64,000 nt of DNA, taken from contig NW_026782003.1 of assembly GCF_031769215.1 (NCBI RefSeq), positions 4,154,001 to 4,218,000 on the forward strand, written 5' to 3'. The notes beneath the pieces were generated by a model, which saw only the letters and a program-made list of their open reading frames with translations, was not told the DNA's origin and ran no database searches. The DNA is from Ylistrum balloti. Lineage: Eukaryota. Shown here piece after piece: positions 43,442-54,614 of this stretch (its first letter is position 1; each line of letters starts with the position of its first letter). The translations under genes and the position numbers were made by a program.

Positions 43442-46400
43442 CTAAAAAATCCTTAGTCCAAACTCATTTGATACATTCTAAAAATTGACCATTTTAAAAG
43501 AGTTTTTGGTATTGTGAAAGGTAATTTAGAAATAAGACTGTTAAAAACACAAATCTAAAATCTTATCTTGGAATCAATAGGGAGTACCTTTTTAAATATT
43601 TGTTCAAAATAAAATGAATTAAGCTGCTATAGTAAACACACACTTTTCTTTAAATATTAAAAAGTACAAAAAAAGTGAAACATACACACATAAATTGTAC
43701 ACAAAGTGAAACATACACACTCAACCAAACATATTGCTGCAGAGGAAGAGGTAAGTGGAATAGAACCAGTAATAATTTACCAATAGGATAGTTCCTGCCG
43801 ATACTCTTATCCAATTGATTACATCATTACATACTTACATAAAACATATTATTTGTCTGTACAGTATGAGTGAAGCTTTCAACATCAACGATAAGGTTAT
43901 ATGATCTATTGTACATTATTAATCAGACCAACTCTATGGTCTTGTATAAGCTTCTGTCTGTGGATTAACTCCTTTTGAATATAGCTTATATAATAAAATC
44001 TAAGCATTGTGAGTGAAAAGTCATACTTATACATACTTGCTCTGGTTGACATCAACAAGTGATCCAATTTTTGATGTTGTGAATGAAATATGTTCATCTC
44101 CAATGACAATTTCGAGTTCCTGAAAAAACAAGAAATTGCCAGTTATTCAAACATTTATAACAGTATAATATTATAGTATTACACTTGCCTTTCTGAGCCA
44201 TGAAAAAATGCTATATACATTTGAATTCATTTCTAAAACATCTGGAGGTACAAAATGTATTTCAGTTCTTCTGGAATCATGATGTAGACTACTTTTCATA
44301 CAAAGGCAGCTATAGCCACAAGAGTTTCAATCATAACACTAGAAAATGACTGTAAGACATATTTGCCTCTATTGCTGAGTGAAATTTGTTACTATGAAAG
44401 AAAGAATGAAGTGTTAATATTGAATTGGTTGACAATTTTCTATATATGGCAAGCGTGACCTTGGCCTTGAACTGGGGCTGTTGAAACACAATGACAATAA
44501 AGTGTATCAGTATTCATAATTGACCTTTGACATGGGCAATAAGCTCCCCTCCCCATTTTATGGCAGGGGCATGAAAAATGAAAACAGAACACAATTTTGA
44601 CTTATTTATCTCACTCAATATTGTTTCAAAGAAATCACAGTCGTAGAGTTGGAGCTTGTGTATGATCCCACACATTTACATAAAGAGAATTCCACTAAAA
44701 GCAGGAATGTGGAAAACACAAAAATCTTATGTAAACCAACCAATGTGACAGAATGGAACCTGACTCCTGCAGACTTCAAGAGTAATGAAAAACTTCAGAA
44801 AACTGTGAAGTATATTAAAGGGAAGAAACAGATATGTCCCCAGAGATGAATAGGATTTAAAATACATTACTGAAAAAAGGAAATTCAAAACTCAACAGCC
44901 TCTACACTGACAGTATTATGATCAAGACATACAAAAAATCATATTGGCATAGTATATGCATACTGATATTTTGTACAAGTTTCTGAAAGAAAAATATGTA
45001 GAAATTATGGCCCAATGAGAGAGACATATACCTGTCTGCCAACTCTGTCAGGTGACGGCCACACTGCATCGTCTTCCTGGATCACCTCTGAGTCCTCAAT
45101 GATACGTTTCAGTTCCTCCATCACTGACTTGTGTACAAATGCCTTTGTAAAACAGAAAAAAGAAATATAAAGCAAAGGCTCTCTGCAAGCTTGTAACTGT
45201 TATGCTGTGCTGCCTTTCAATAAATGCAATATTAGACACACCTATTATGTGCAATACAAAATAACACTATTGTGAGATACAAGACAATCATCTGATTCTT
45301 AGTATCCAATTCTCATGTCAAGGCAACTCATAACTTCATAACCATCTATTTTTATAAATAAATAATGTAAATGTAACTCGGTGGTGCATTTGTATACCAA
45401 TGGATAATAAATACCAAGGAATAAACATGGAGCAAAGTTGTAAAATACAGTATAAATATACTAAAAAATGTCTGTATTTCACTGCAAATACTAAAGGCTA
45501 ATAATACAATATTTTGGACATTTCAAAATAATATTCAACATTACCTCTTTCCTGATCATTGTGTCATTCTTGTAGTTTGAATTGTTAGCATACCTCAGTT
45601 TGCCTGCAAACAAAATATTATGTGGCAAGTTAGTATTTTTGTAGGATTGTTTTAGGCAAGTCCTGAACATCTTTTCCAAAATTAAGAGTCTCATTACTAA
45701 GAGATGGTAGGTGATAAAGTGCCTGCTTTATTCACCAAGAACAAATTCAACCAAGGTAAGTACCAAGTAACAATATATAAGTGTTTTTTGTTAACAAAAC
45801 CAAAATGCCTCTAAGTTGGAAAAAACAGTAAATTTTGTTTCCAAAAGTTAACTTACCCTTGTGATCATTGGCCTCTTGCAATTGAGATATATATTTATTT
45901 TTCAAAAGGTAATGTGTATTTATATGATTTCATTAAAATTTGGACATAGCAAACCGTACACCAATTCAACAGAATAAGTAGTGACTATAAACATAACATT
46001 ATGTTTACATTAAAGACTTATCTTATTGCCACTTTTATATTATAAAAGTTGCTGTCTAACAATGGAATATTACTCCATATGTGATACCAATGGTAGTATA
46101 TGATTAACATAATATCTCTAGAATCAACTCCAAGCTACATCTCGCAATTCGTTCCTTCTCTTTGTTTTTGGCCTTTCAAAGTTTCATGCAATTTATATTA
46201 ACTGTTTCTGGGGAATAAAGTTTTCTAATTATTTCGTCAATAGTTCGCCTTCAACAATATCACAACCTAAATGATCAACACACATAGCATGATCTTCGGC
46301 ATGTCACGATTTCTTTTCAAGCATAACTGATTTGCAAAGATTCGAATGAAACACGTTGCGTCCACACAGTCACCGGGTGCGGAAATCGAAGGCAATTTAC

Positions 46401-46564
46401 TCTGCAAAGTGAAGTCACACGGCTTCTTAAAGAAACGTATGTATTTGTCCATCTTTAATCTAATGCTTACCATCAGGTCTAAACTCAAATTCAAGAAATT
46501 CATGGCCAAATTTCCCTCTATGTCCAACATAATATCGCAGGTAAAAATCAGAGGACGCCGCCAT
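43362..46564 (-). CDS. MAGOH: Mago nashi (exon-junction-complex core). Exons 46564-46471, 45603-45545, 45142-45032, 44119-44037 and a 3' exon ending at 43362 whose 5' part is anomalous
   Basis: Near-identical to Mago: [47 protein letters not shown]...[25 protein letters not shown]. The internal exon sizes 59/111/83 nt match the conserved structure as recalled. Confidence 0.95.
44037..44119 (-). CDS. MAGOH: mago exon 4 ([27 protein letters not shown])
   Basis: ttttcag|GAA ... AA|gtatgt, 83 nt, phase 2. Confidence 0.95.
45032..45142 (-). CDS. MAGOH: mago exon 3 ([37 protein letters not shown])
   Basis: acaaag|GCA ... CAG|gtatat, 111 nt. Confidence 0.95.
45545..45603 (-). CDS. MAGOH: mago exon 2 ([20 protein letters not shown])
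   Basis: tttgcag|GC ... GAG|gtaa, 59 nt. Confidence 0.95.
46471..46564 (-). CDS. MAGOH: mago exon 1 ([11 protein letters not shown]...FRPD)
   Basis: ATG at 46564-46562; G|gtaagc donor. Confidence 0.95.
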
Positions 46565-46888
46565 TTTTATTAATGGTACGCGTTTTCTAATTATATCTTG
46601 ACGGGTATTGAATTCCGGAACAAGTGCTACAATGAGAATATGTAACAAGCAAAATGATGATTTTGTTATAGTGCTCAATTACCATTAAAATAAAAATGAA
46701 AATTAAATATTACATCATGCAAAAAAGAAATCTATTTATATGTATAAAACGTCAAATTATCACAAGCTAAAATTTTAACCGGAGTTAGTACTTTACAATC
46801 AAAAGTCTTCCAAACGCTTGCATTTTACACAGAATCTATCATAAGTGGGCATGCAAACGCTAGCAGGACGTTACTGTATAGGTGGAAA
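46565..46888. promoter_or_regulatory. Bidirectional promoter between mago and WDR83 (324 bp between ATGs); YY1-type AAAATGGCGG overlaps the mago ATG
   Basis: Divergent start codons, local CpG enrichment. Confidence 0.75.
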
Positions 46889-46967
46889 ATGGGCGAAGAA
46901 TTACCGGAGAAGCTGATTTCTGCTGTTAATTGTAAACAAGGAGCCGTTAGAGCTGTTAGGTTTAACG
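46889..46967 (+). CDS. WDR83: WDR83 exon 1
   Basis: ATG GGC GAA ... TTT AAC G|gtgtgt. Confidence 0.88.
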
Positions 46968-49900
46968 GTGTGTTTTATAATTTACACGAATCACGTTATA
47001 GGTCGAACGTGCCGTTCATGGCCTAGAAACTCAACCGTTGGATCTAACTACATAACTTCCATTTTCTTACTATCCGAGTGGATTTTATACACACTTATAA
47101 ATTATAAGAGTTTTATCCTCGCAAACAAGAAATCGTTCAACATACAACAGACTGTAAATCCATGCAGTTTTTAAAGATTTACTTTATAATATTGCTTAAA
47201 AAATGAATGATCAAACATATTATATTAATGTCTGTATTATACATCCCATACAAATCATGCCATCAGTATGGGTATCGCACATAAAAATGGTGACTCGCTG
47301 GATTGGCTCGTTAGTAGTGCTACTGTTTGATAATTTCTTAACAGAAATAATCTGTTTATTACGTATATTCAATCTGATTACTGTAAGGTCCATGTGTTAT
47401 GTGTGTAAGTAGATGTATGGAGCCGTGAAAACATGAAATCACCCCACCCTACATAACATATGTAAAACATGTTTTTAAAGCTAACAGTTAATGTATCAAT
47501 ATCTTCTAACTCAGGTCACATTACAGGTGTTCAGTATTGAATACATTGTATATATATTCAAATTAACAAAACTAGAAAAGTGGATATAAGTTCTTATACT
47601 CTGAAAGAAATACAGTAATATTAATGAATTTTAATATAGTAATTTAGACATGGGCACTGTGATTGGAAAATGAAGACAATCACCAGGGTACATAATGGAT
47701 ATCAATACATGTATATATTATGACAGCATGAAAACTTAATCTAAATAAATCTACTGTGAGTCAGTGGGGTGACGAAACGGTACGCGGAAAAAGTCAGATA
47801 TGTCCATCAACATTTATATGTTAACCTCATAAATAATGTTTCATTGCAAAATTGTAAAAGATATGGGTAAAATTTGTTTTGATTATAACATGAATGATTA
47901 TATTTTTTTCCTATTTAGTCGGAGGGGATTACTGTTTGACATGTGGAAGCGATAAATCTGTGAGGCTGTGGAATCCTCATAGAGGAATTGCCCTGAAGAC
48001 ATACACTGGCCATGGCTATGAAGTACTAGATGCACAGTCTTCTAGTGACAACAGTCAGATCTGCTCTGGAGGGATGGACAAAACTGTCATGTTGTTTGAT
48101 GTGGCTACTGGCAAAGCTGTTCGCAAATACAGAGGTCATGCAGGTAATATAAGCAGAGGTTTAGTTGGCCTGTTTTATAAATTGAAATTAAGGGTTCTGC
48201 ATTTTGACAAATTCTGATTTTAATGAAGAACTAAAGATTGAATTCTACATTAATGAGTGCATGAAACATCCATATTTATCTGGTATCAAGTTCAGGCCTA
48301 GTAGTAATCCCACCCCAATCTAATGGAATTTAATTTTAGAAATACCAACAAATACTGTGTCTGTTTTCTGTAATAAGCCCATCCCCTGATTTTGAATCAC
48401 AGGTAATGTTTAGGCCCCCTGATATTTCAGTTTCCCTGTAATAAGCCCACCCTATGACTTTTGAGTCACAAGTAATTTTAGTTTTAATTGTACATGTGTT
48501 TGTTAATCAGGTACTGTGAACTGTGTAAAATTCAATGAGGAGTCTACATTGATCTTGTCTGGGTCCATCGATAGCACAGTTCGCATCTGGGACTGCCGTA
48601 CAAAGAAGATGGAGCCTATCCAGGTAGGAGTAGTATAACCTGTGTTTAGAGATAACACAGGTATAGATAAAAATAATTGTAGCTTCAAATAAATTAAGTC
48701 AACAGTAAATCAAGTACTTTATAACTTATCAATTACAAGGAGAGTTACTCTGTGTACACCTCTGTTAAAGAATTATGTAATTTGTTACATAAAATTTTTA
48801 CGTAATTCTTTTAATGAGTGATTAGGTAATACAGTGTCATAACACACTTACCTTCACCGAGGCATGCAGGGTTCTATTCACTTCACGAATATGAAAATGT
48901 ATGGGGTCACTAACTCAAACCTGTGAGATTTTCCCGGGTAATCTGGTTTCCCCCACAGTAATACCCTTTGCACAATTCCTTCCAGATCAATAAGAGTAAT
49001 TGATATATGTTGGAATAACTTTTTTTTTTGCAATTGTTATAAAAAGATATTCATGTTTAATTGGAAAAAGTAATTTCTAAAAGATTTTAGATGAAGCTAA
49101 AGATGGAGTTACCTCCCTTCAAGTATCAGATAAAGAGATCCTGACTGGATCGACAGATGGTCGGATCAGGAGATATGACCTGCGTGTGGGGAAAATGTCT
49201 GTGGATTTAATAGGAAGTAAGTAATGTATGATAGAATCATGGTGAGATATGTGTATATTTGATTTAATTTACCCATTAAACATAAGTCTGCCACTAATAT
49301 CACCAGATTGGAATAGAAATTTTAACTCTATTAGTCAGTTAACACACTTGTGTCATCTTGTCCAGGTCTAGGTGTTGAAGGAAAAGATCACTATACCATT
49401 GTTACAGTCAGATATTTTTCACTTTTTTTACCCTACAATAAGATAGATACTCTGACAGCAAAAGAAGGAAATCATCTAAAGGGTTTAAATTGAATTGTTT
49501 TGAAACTCTCAGTTTGCTTCATATTTGTCCCCTTGATCTCTAAAATTTGTTTTGTGATTTCAGCCTCTGTGACATGTGTGAATTTCACACGGGATGGTCA
49601 GTGTATCCTGACCAGTACTCTAGACAGCAGTCTAAAGCTCATGGACAAAGACACAGGGGAGATGCTGAACGAGTAAGTGTTAGGGCACTGGGGAGATGCT
49701 GAATTGATAAGTGTTAGGACATAGGGCAGATGTTCAATAAGTAGGTGTTAGGACACAGGGGATATGTTCAATGTATAGTGTAAGGACACAGGTAAGATGC
49801 TAAATATATAAGTGTTAGTACACAGGTAAGATGCAGAATGTGTAAATGTTTGGACACGGGTAATATGCTGATTGCGTAAGTGTTAGGCAGGGGTAAGATG

Positions 49901-51389
49901 TTAAATATGTAAGTGGCAGGAAACAGCTGAGATGCTGGTGTTCGGACACAGGAGAGATCCTGATTTTGAAAATATAAGGATACAGGTGAGATTATAGTGT
50001 AAGGATGCAGGGGGAGATCCTTGTGTTAAGAAACAAGAAGGATGCTGGCGTTAAGACAAAGGTGAAATGCTATTAATAAGACACAAGGCGGTGCTAGTGT
50101 TAAGACAAAGGTGAGATGCTAGTGTTAAGACAAAGGTGAGATGCTAGTGTTTAGACAAAGGTGAAATGCTAGTGTTAAGACACAAGGAGGGTGCTAGCGT
50201 TAAGACAAAGGTGAGATGCTAGTGTTAAGACAAAGGTGAGATGCTAGTGTTTAGACAAAGGTGAACTGCTAGTGTTAAGACACAAGGAGGTGTTAGAGTT
50301 AAGACAAAGGTGAGATGCTATTGTTAAGACACAGGTGAGGTGGTAGTGTTAAGACACAAGGAGGTGTTAGTGTTAAGACAAAGGTGATATGCTATTAATA
50401 GGACACACAAGAGGGATGCTAGTGTTAAGACAAAGGTGAGATGCTATTGTTAAGGCACAGGTGAGATGCTATTATTAAGACACAAGGAGGATGCTAATGT
50501 TTAGACAAAGGTGAGATGCTCAGTAAGAAATTGTTGTTATCTACTTAGGCAGTATCAAGAATAGAAATATATCATAGGCATGCATTTGATGTAAGTTTAT
50601 CCTTTCAGTTAATGTTCAAATTTACAAAAAAAAAAAAAAAAGAAGGAGAGAAAAATCAAATGAAAATTACATTAAGCAATTTCTATCCAGGTACAAAGGT
50701 CATAAGAATAAGAGCTATAGACTGGAAAGCTGTCTAAATGTCCAGGACACCCATGTTCTCAGTGGATCAGAGGATGGCAATGTTTATATCTGGGGCCTAG
50801 TGGAGGTAACTATACTGTTTCATGGCTCACCATCATTTTTAGCATGTGTGTTTGGCAAACAAGATAGTAAGTCATCTATTTCAAACAAACCTGAAAATTT
50901 TACAATTTCAAATTGTTTCTTTTATTACTGAAATTTTTATTGTTAAGTAATTGAGAAGTTCTAGCACATCATCTTACATATGTAAACAATTAGAAACTGA
51001 TGTGAGTGAAAATAACTTTTGCCTATTACCCAAAATAAAATCATGGACATACAGTCAGAAACCTTCAGACTACCCTTGTGTTGGAGTCCTCACACCTTGC
51101 AATAAATCTACTTTCTAACTTTGAGTCAGATTCAATGTATTGGTCTCTTAGGTTATTGCGGAATAAATAACATATTTAAAATGACTCATTTAATGTATTG
51201 TGATACAAATAAGAGATTCACTATAACTGTCTATTTCTGTGTCAGGCTAAAGTTTTGAAGAAGTTGACTCATGAACCAGACAAGGCTGTACACTCCATTG
51301 CTTTCCATCCTGAGGAAACATGTCTTTTGACTGCCAGCATGGACAAGATGTATGTGTGGAAGTCAAAATATGCCCCAAGCAGAGACTGA
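46889..51389 (+). CDS. WDR83: WD repeat domain 83 / MORG1 (305 aa). Exons 46889-46967, 47919-48143, 48511-48623, 49084-49216, 49564-49672, 50691-50805, 51246-51389
   Basis: 918-nt phase-consistent CDS with QGAVRAVRFN, YCLTCGSDKSVRLWNP, GHGYEVLDA, QICSGGMDKTVMLFDV, LDEAKDGVTS, YKGHKN, LSGSEDG. Confidence 0.93.
47919..48143 (+). CDS. WDR83: WDR83 exon 2
   Basis: ctatttag|TC ... GCA G|gtaata. Confidence 0.93.
48511..48623 (+). CDS. WDR83: WDR83 exon 3
   Basis: ttaatcag|GT ... CAG|gtagga; SGSIDSTVRIWDCR. Confidence 0.93.
48860..48960 (+). mobile_element. SINE-core-like remnant
   Basis: TTTTCCCGGGTAATCTGGTTTCCCCCACA resembles the common invertebrate SINE motif TTTTCTCCGGGTACTCCGGTTTCCTCCCA; a similar fragment occurs at ~6450-6475. 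Confidence 0.35.
49084..49216 (+). CDS. WDR83: WDR83 exon 4
   Basis: ctaaaag|ATT TTA GAT ... GGA A|gtaagt; ILDEAKDGVTSLQVSDKEILTGSTDGRIRRYDLR. Confidence 0.9.
49564..49672 (+). CDS. WDR83: WDR83 exon 5
   Basis: gatttcag|CC ... AAC GA|gtaagt; VTCVNFTRDGQCIL. Confidence 0.93.
49650..50522. repeat. 33-to-25-bp tandem array seeded on the WDR83 exon-5 donor
   Basis: GACACAGGGGAGATGCTGAACGAGTAAGTGTTAG grading into GACAAAGGTGAGATGCTAGTGTTAA. Confidence 0.9.
50691..50805 (+). CDS. WDR83: WDR83 exon 6
   Basis: ctatccag|G TAC AAA GGT CAT ... GAG|gtaact. Confidence 0.93.
51246..51389 (+). CDS. WDR83: WDR83 exon 7 (terminal)
   Basis: gtgtcag|GCT ... GAC TGA; VHSIAFHP...LLTAS...VW. Confidence 0.9.
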   Translation, partial: AKVLKKLTHEPDKAVHSIAFHPEETCLLTASMDKMYVWKSKYAPSRD

Positions 51390-51434
51390 GAGAGTATGTT
51401 CACGAAGAATAGAAATCAAAGTATTCGAAAAGCT

Positions 51435-52880
51435 TGACTCGAAAGTGGTACTGTACACCACTAATGAAAGTGATACTGTCTACCACTAACTGAAAGTCAA
51501 GGTGCTCGGGATACTTGACTGAGAAGTGACACAATCCACCACTTAATGAAAGTCAAGGTACGCGAGACACTTGGAAGGGAAGTGGTACTGTCTACCACAA
51601 ACTGAAAGTCAAGGTAAACGAGACACTTGGCAGGGAAGTGGTGACTGTCTACCACAAACTGAAAGTCAAGGTACGCGAGACACTTGGCAGGGAAGTGGTA
51701 CTGTCTACCACAAACTGAAAGTCAAGGTTCACGAGACACTTGGCAGGGAAGTGGTACTGTCTACCACAAACTGAAAGTCAAGGTACGCGAGACACTTGGC
51801 AGGGAAGTCACACAGTCTACCACAAACTGAAAGTCAAGGTACGCGAGACACTTGGCAGGGAAGTCACACAGTCTACCACAAACTGAAAGTCAAGGTTCAC
51901 GAGACACTTGGCAGGGAAGTCACACAGTCTACCACAAACTGAAAGTCAAGAGACACTTGGCAGGGAAAGTACCACAAACTGAAAGTCAAGGTACGCAAGA
52001 CACTTGGCAGGGAAGTCACACAGTCTACCACAAACTGAAAGTCAAGGTACGCGAGACACTTGGCAGGGAAGTGGTACTGTCTACCACAAACTGAAAGTCA
52101 AGGTACGCGAGACACTTGGCAGGGAAGTCACACAGTCTACCACAAACTGAAAGTCAAGGTACACGAGACACTTGGCAGGGAAGTGGTACTGTCTACCACA
52201 AACTGAAAGTCAAGGTACACGAGACACTTGGCAGGGAAGTGGTACTGTCTACCACGAACTGAAAGTCAAGGTACGCAAGACACTTGGCAGGGAAGTGGTA
52301 CTGTCTACCACAAACTGAAAGTCAAGGTACGCGAGACACTTGGCAGGGAAGTCACACAGTCTACCACAAACTGAAAGTCAAGGTACATGAGACACTTGGC
52401 AGGGAAGTGGTACTGTCTACCACGAACTGAAAGTCAAGGTACGCAAGACACTTGGCAGGGAAGTGGTACTGTCTACCACAAACTGAAAGTCAAGGTACGC
52501 GAGACACTAGACTGCATAGTGGTACTGTCCACCACTAACTGGAAGTCAAGTAATGCAAGACACTTGACTAGGAAGTAGTACTGTCCACCAGTAATTACAG
52601 TGATACTCTCCACCACTAAGTGCAGTTATACTGTCTACCGCTAACTGAAAGTCAAGGTAGGTTAGACACTTGACTGGGAAGTGATACTCTCTGCAACGAA
52701 ATGAAATGATACTGTCCACCATTAATAAAAAATCAAGGTATAGGAGACACTTGACTAGGAAGTGGTACTGTCTACAACTAACTGATGTCACACAGTCCTC
52801 CACTAACTGAAGTGATACTTGCTACCACTAACTGAAGTGATACTGTCTACCATTAACTGAAGTGATACTTTTTACAACTA
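51435..52880. repeat. 56-bp minisatellite (core ~51545-52510, ~17 copies) with degenerate flanks
   Basis: GAAAGTCAAGGTACGCGAGACACTTGGCAGGGAAGTGGTACTGTCTACCACAAACT. Confidence 0.97.
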
Positions 52881-54614
52881 ACTCAAAATCAGGGAACATT
52901 GATTAGTTTTACTGAAAAATTACATGTTGTTTCTTTTCATCTTTGGATTTTCTTCAAAGTTAAAAAAAAATTGTCAATAAAGGAAAAAAGTATAGAATTG
53001 TTCATGCTGGTTGTATTGATTTCGAATCTTTGTTAAGCCAATATATAGAAAATGTTTTAAATATGTTTTTACACATACAGTTTTTTGTGAATCCGGGGTA
53101 ACATCAAAGTAAAAAAGTTAGTTGATAACTAATGGCATGACCTTTACACTTGTTGTTTGTTACATTGTTATACATTGTATCTGTCAATATAAAAAGTGTC
53201 AACAAGTGACAACAAGCATCATAGTGTCATCAGAAAATATCTTTTTAAAATACTCAATTCAACTTGTCAGGGCTCACGCTGTCAGTAGCCAAAGTAGCCA
53301 TTGACTACTTTTATTTTCAATTGGCTACTCAAAATACAAAGTGGCTACTTTTTGGCTACTGTGTTTTTTGTTTTTTTTTTTCTTTAATAAAGCCCACAAA
53401 AGTGCTCTGTGAAGTCGGTGTACTTCCATGTCCACGTGTGTATTGTAGGCCTACTGGCTGACACGCTTAGATAATCTGGGGGGGGGGGCCTGCGGCAGAG
53501 GCAGTGCTGTCACAGTTGAGCGCACCCGATCATGACTTTGTTAGACTAATTACTGGAAGTTTCAAACGAAAGTACATATTATAATTGGTGTTAAACTTGT
53601 TATGGCTGAGATAATTGGATAACCCAAGTTGCCTTAACTTAATCAACCTATATCTTTGTTCACAAGAGAATTATGGTCATCTTTATAAATTTTCTGATTA
53701 CTTCATTGAATAAAGAAATATCCGGAAGACACTTTACTATAACACGTGCTATTTGTATAAAACATACACGTTTGCCAAGCTGTCAATTTCACTAGCCTGC
53801 CTACAGTAAAGTTGTCATGATGTCATTTTTGCATATATGAAACTTAGTACACTAATGTATTATTATCATATTTGCATATATTTTGATGTCACTAATTTTA
53901 TGGTAAATATTTTCAGATTAATATAGATTGAGGATGCTGTTTGCAAGTGTGATACACAATACACATGTACTATAGATGATCAAGGAAAATCTGACACTCC
54001 CTAATTTTATCAGTTTCACAAGTATCAACATGAAACTTGACACAAAAGTGTATTAGGATCATATTTACAACATATTATTTGATGTCACTAACTTCATTAC
54101 ACATTTTAAAAACTATTTTCTGAAGTTGCTTTACAATGCTTATTGTCGCTTGTTGCTTTTTGATGCTTTTTAGGGAAACCACATTGTATTGATTAATTAC
54201 AATATTTGCTTTTGTTTCAGAAATAAGAAATATGTGTTATGATGAAATTCTTGAAATTGTGGAATTTTGAATGTTTTATTTTTAGGAAATTTTTCACTGG
54301 GAAAAATCAGCAAAAAATAAATGTAAAAAATGAAATAACGGTTTTGTTCGTACTTACAGATAAATAATTATATACATGTTTTTCCACTTTAAGGCGAACT
54401 ATAATTTGTAACATGACAAAAGAATAAGAAATTGACGATAATGGCGTAATATGTTATCATAAACTTAGTAATGTAGCAGTGTGATTAAGGAAATAAAGTA
54501 ATTGACTTAAAATCTGGGTAGGTTTTTATAAGAGTTACCTCCCGTTACACACAAATTGTTTGTGTTTTAATCGCGGATGCACATACCAGTTTTGGTAGAT
54601 CCTTAAACCTTAGA

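Noticed and set aside
43740-43756. Perfect + strand donor GAG|gtaagt inside the mago intron; similar ACG|gtaagt at ~39789
   Set aside because: Isolated motifs with no supporting exon chain; expected by chance in 64 kb
46517-46519. Mago GHRGKF versus canonical GHKGKF
   Set aside because: Single conservative K->R change; its rarity cannot be judged without an alignment
50791-50796. WDR83 WG instead of WD (and VGGDY instead of VDGNY in exon 2)
   Set aside because: WD-repeat termini tolerate substitution; may be a polymorphism or sequencing error
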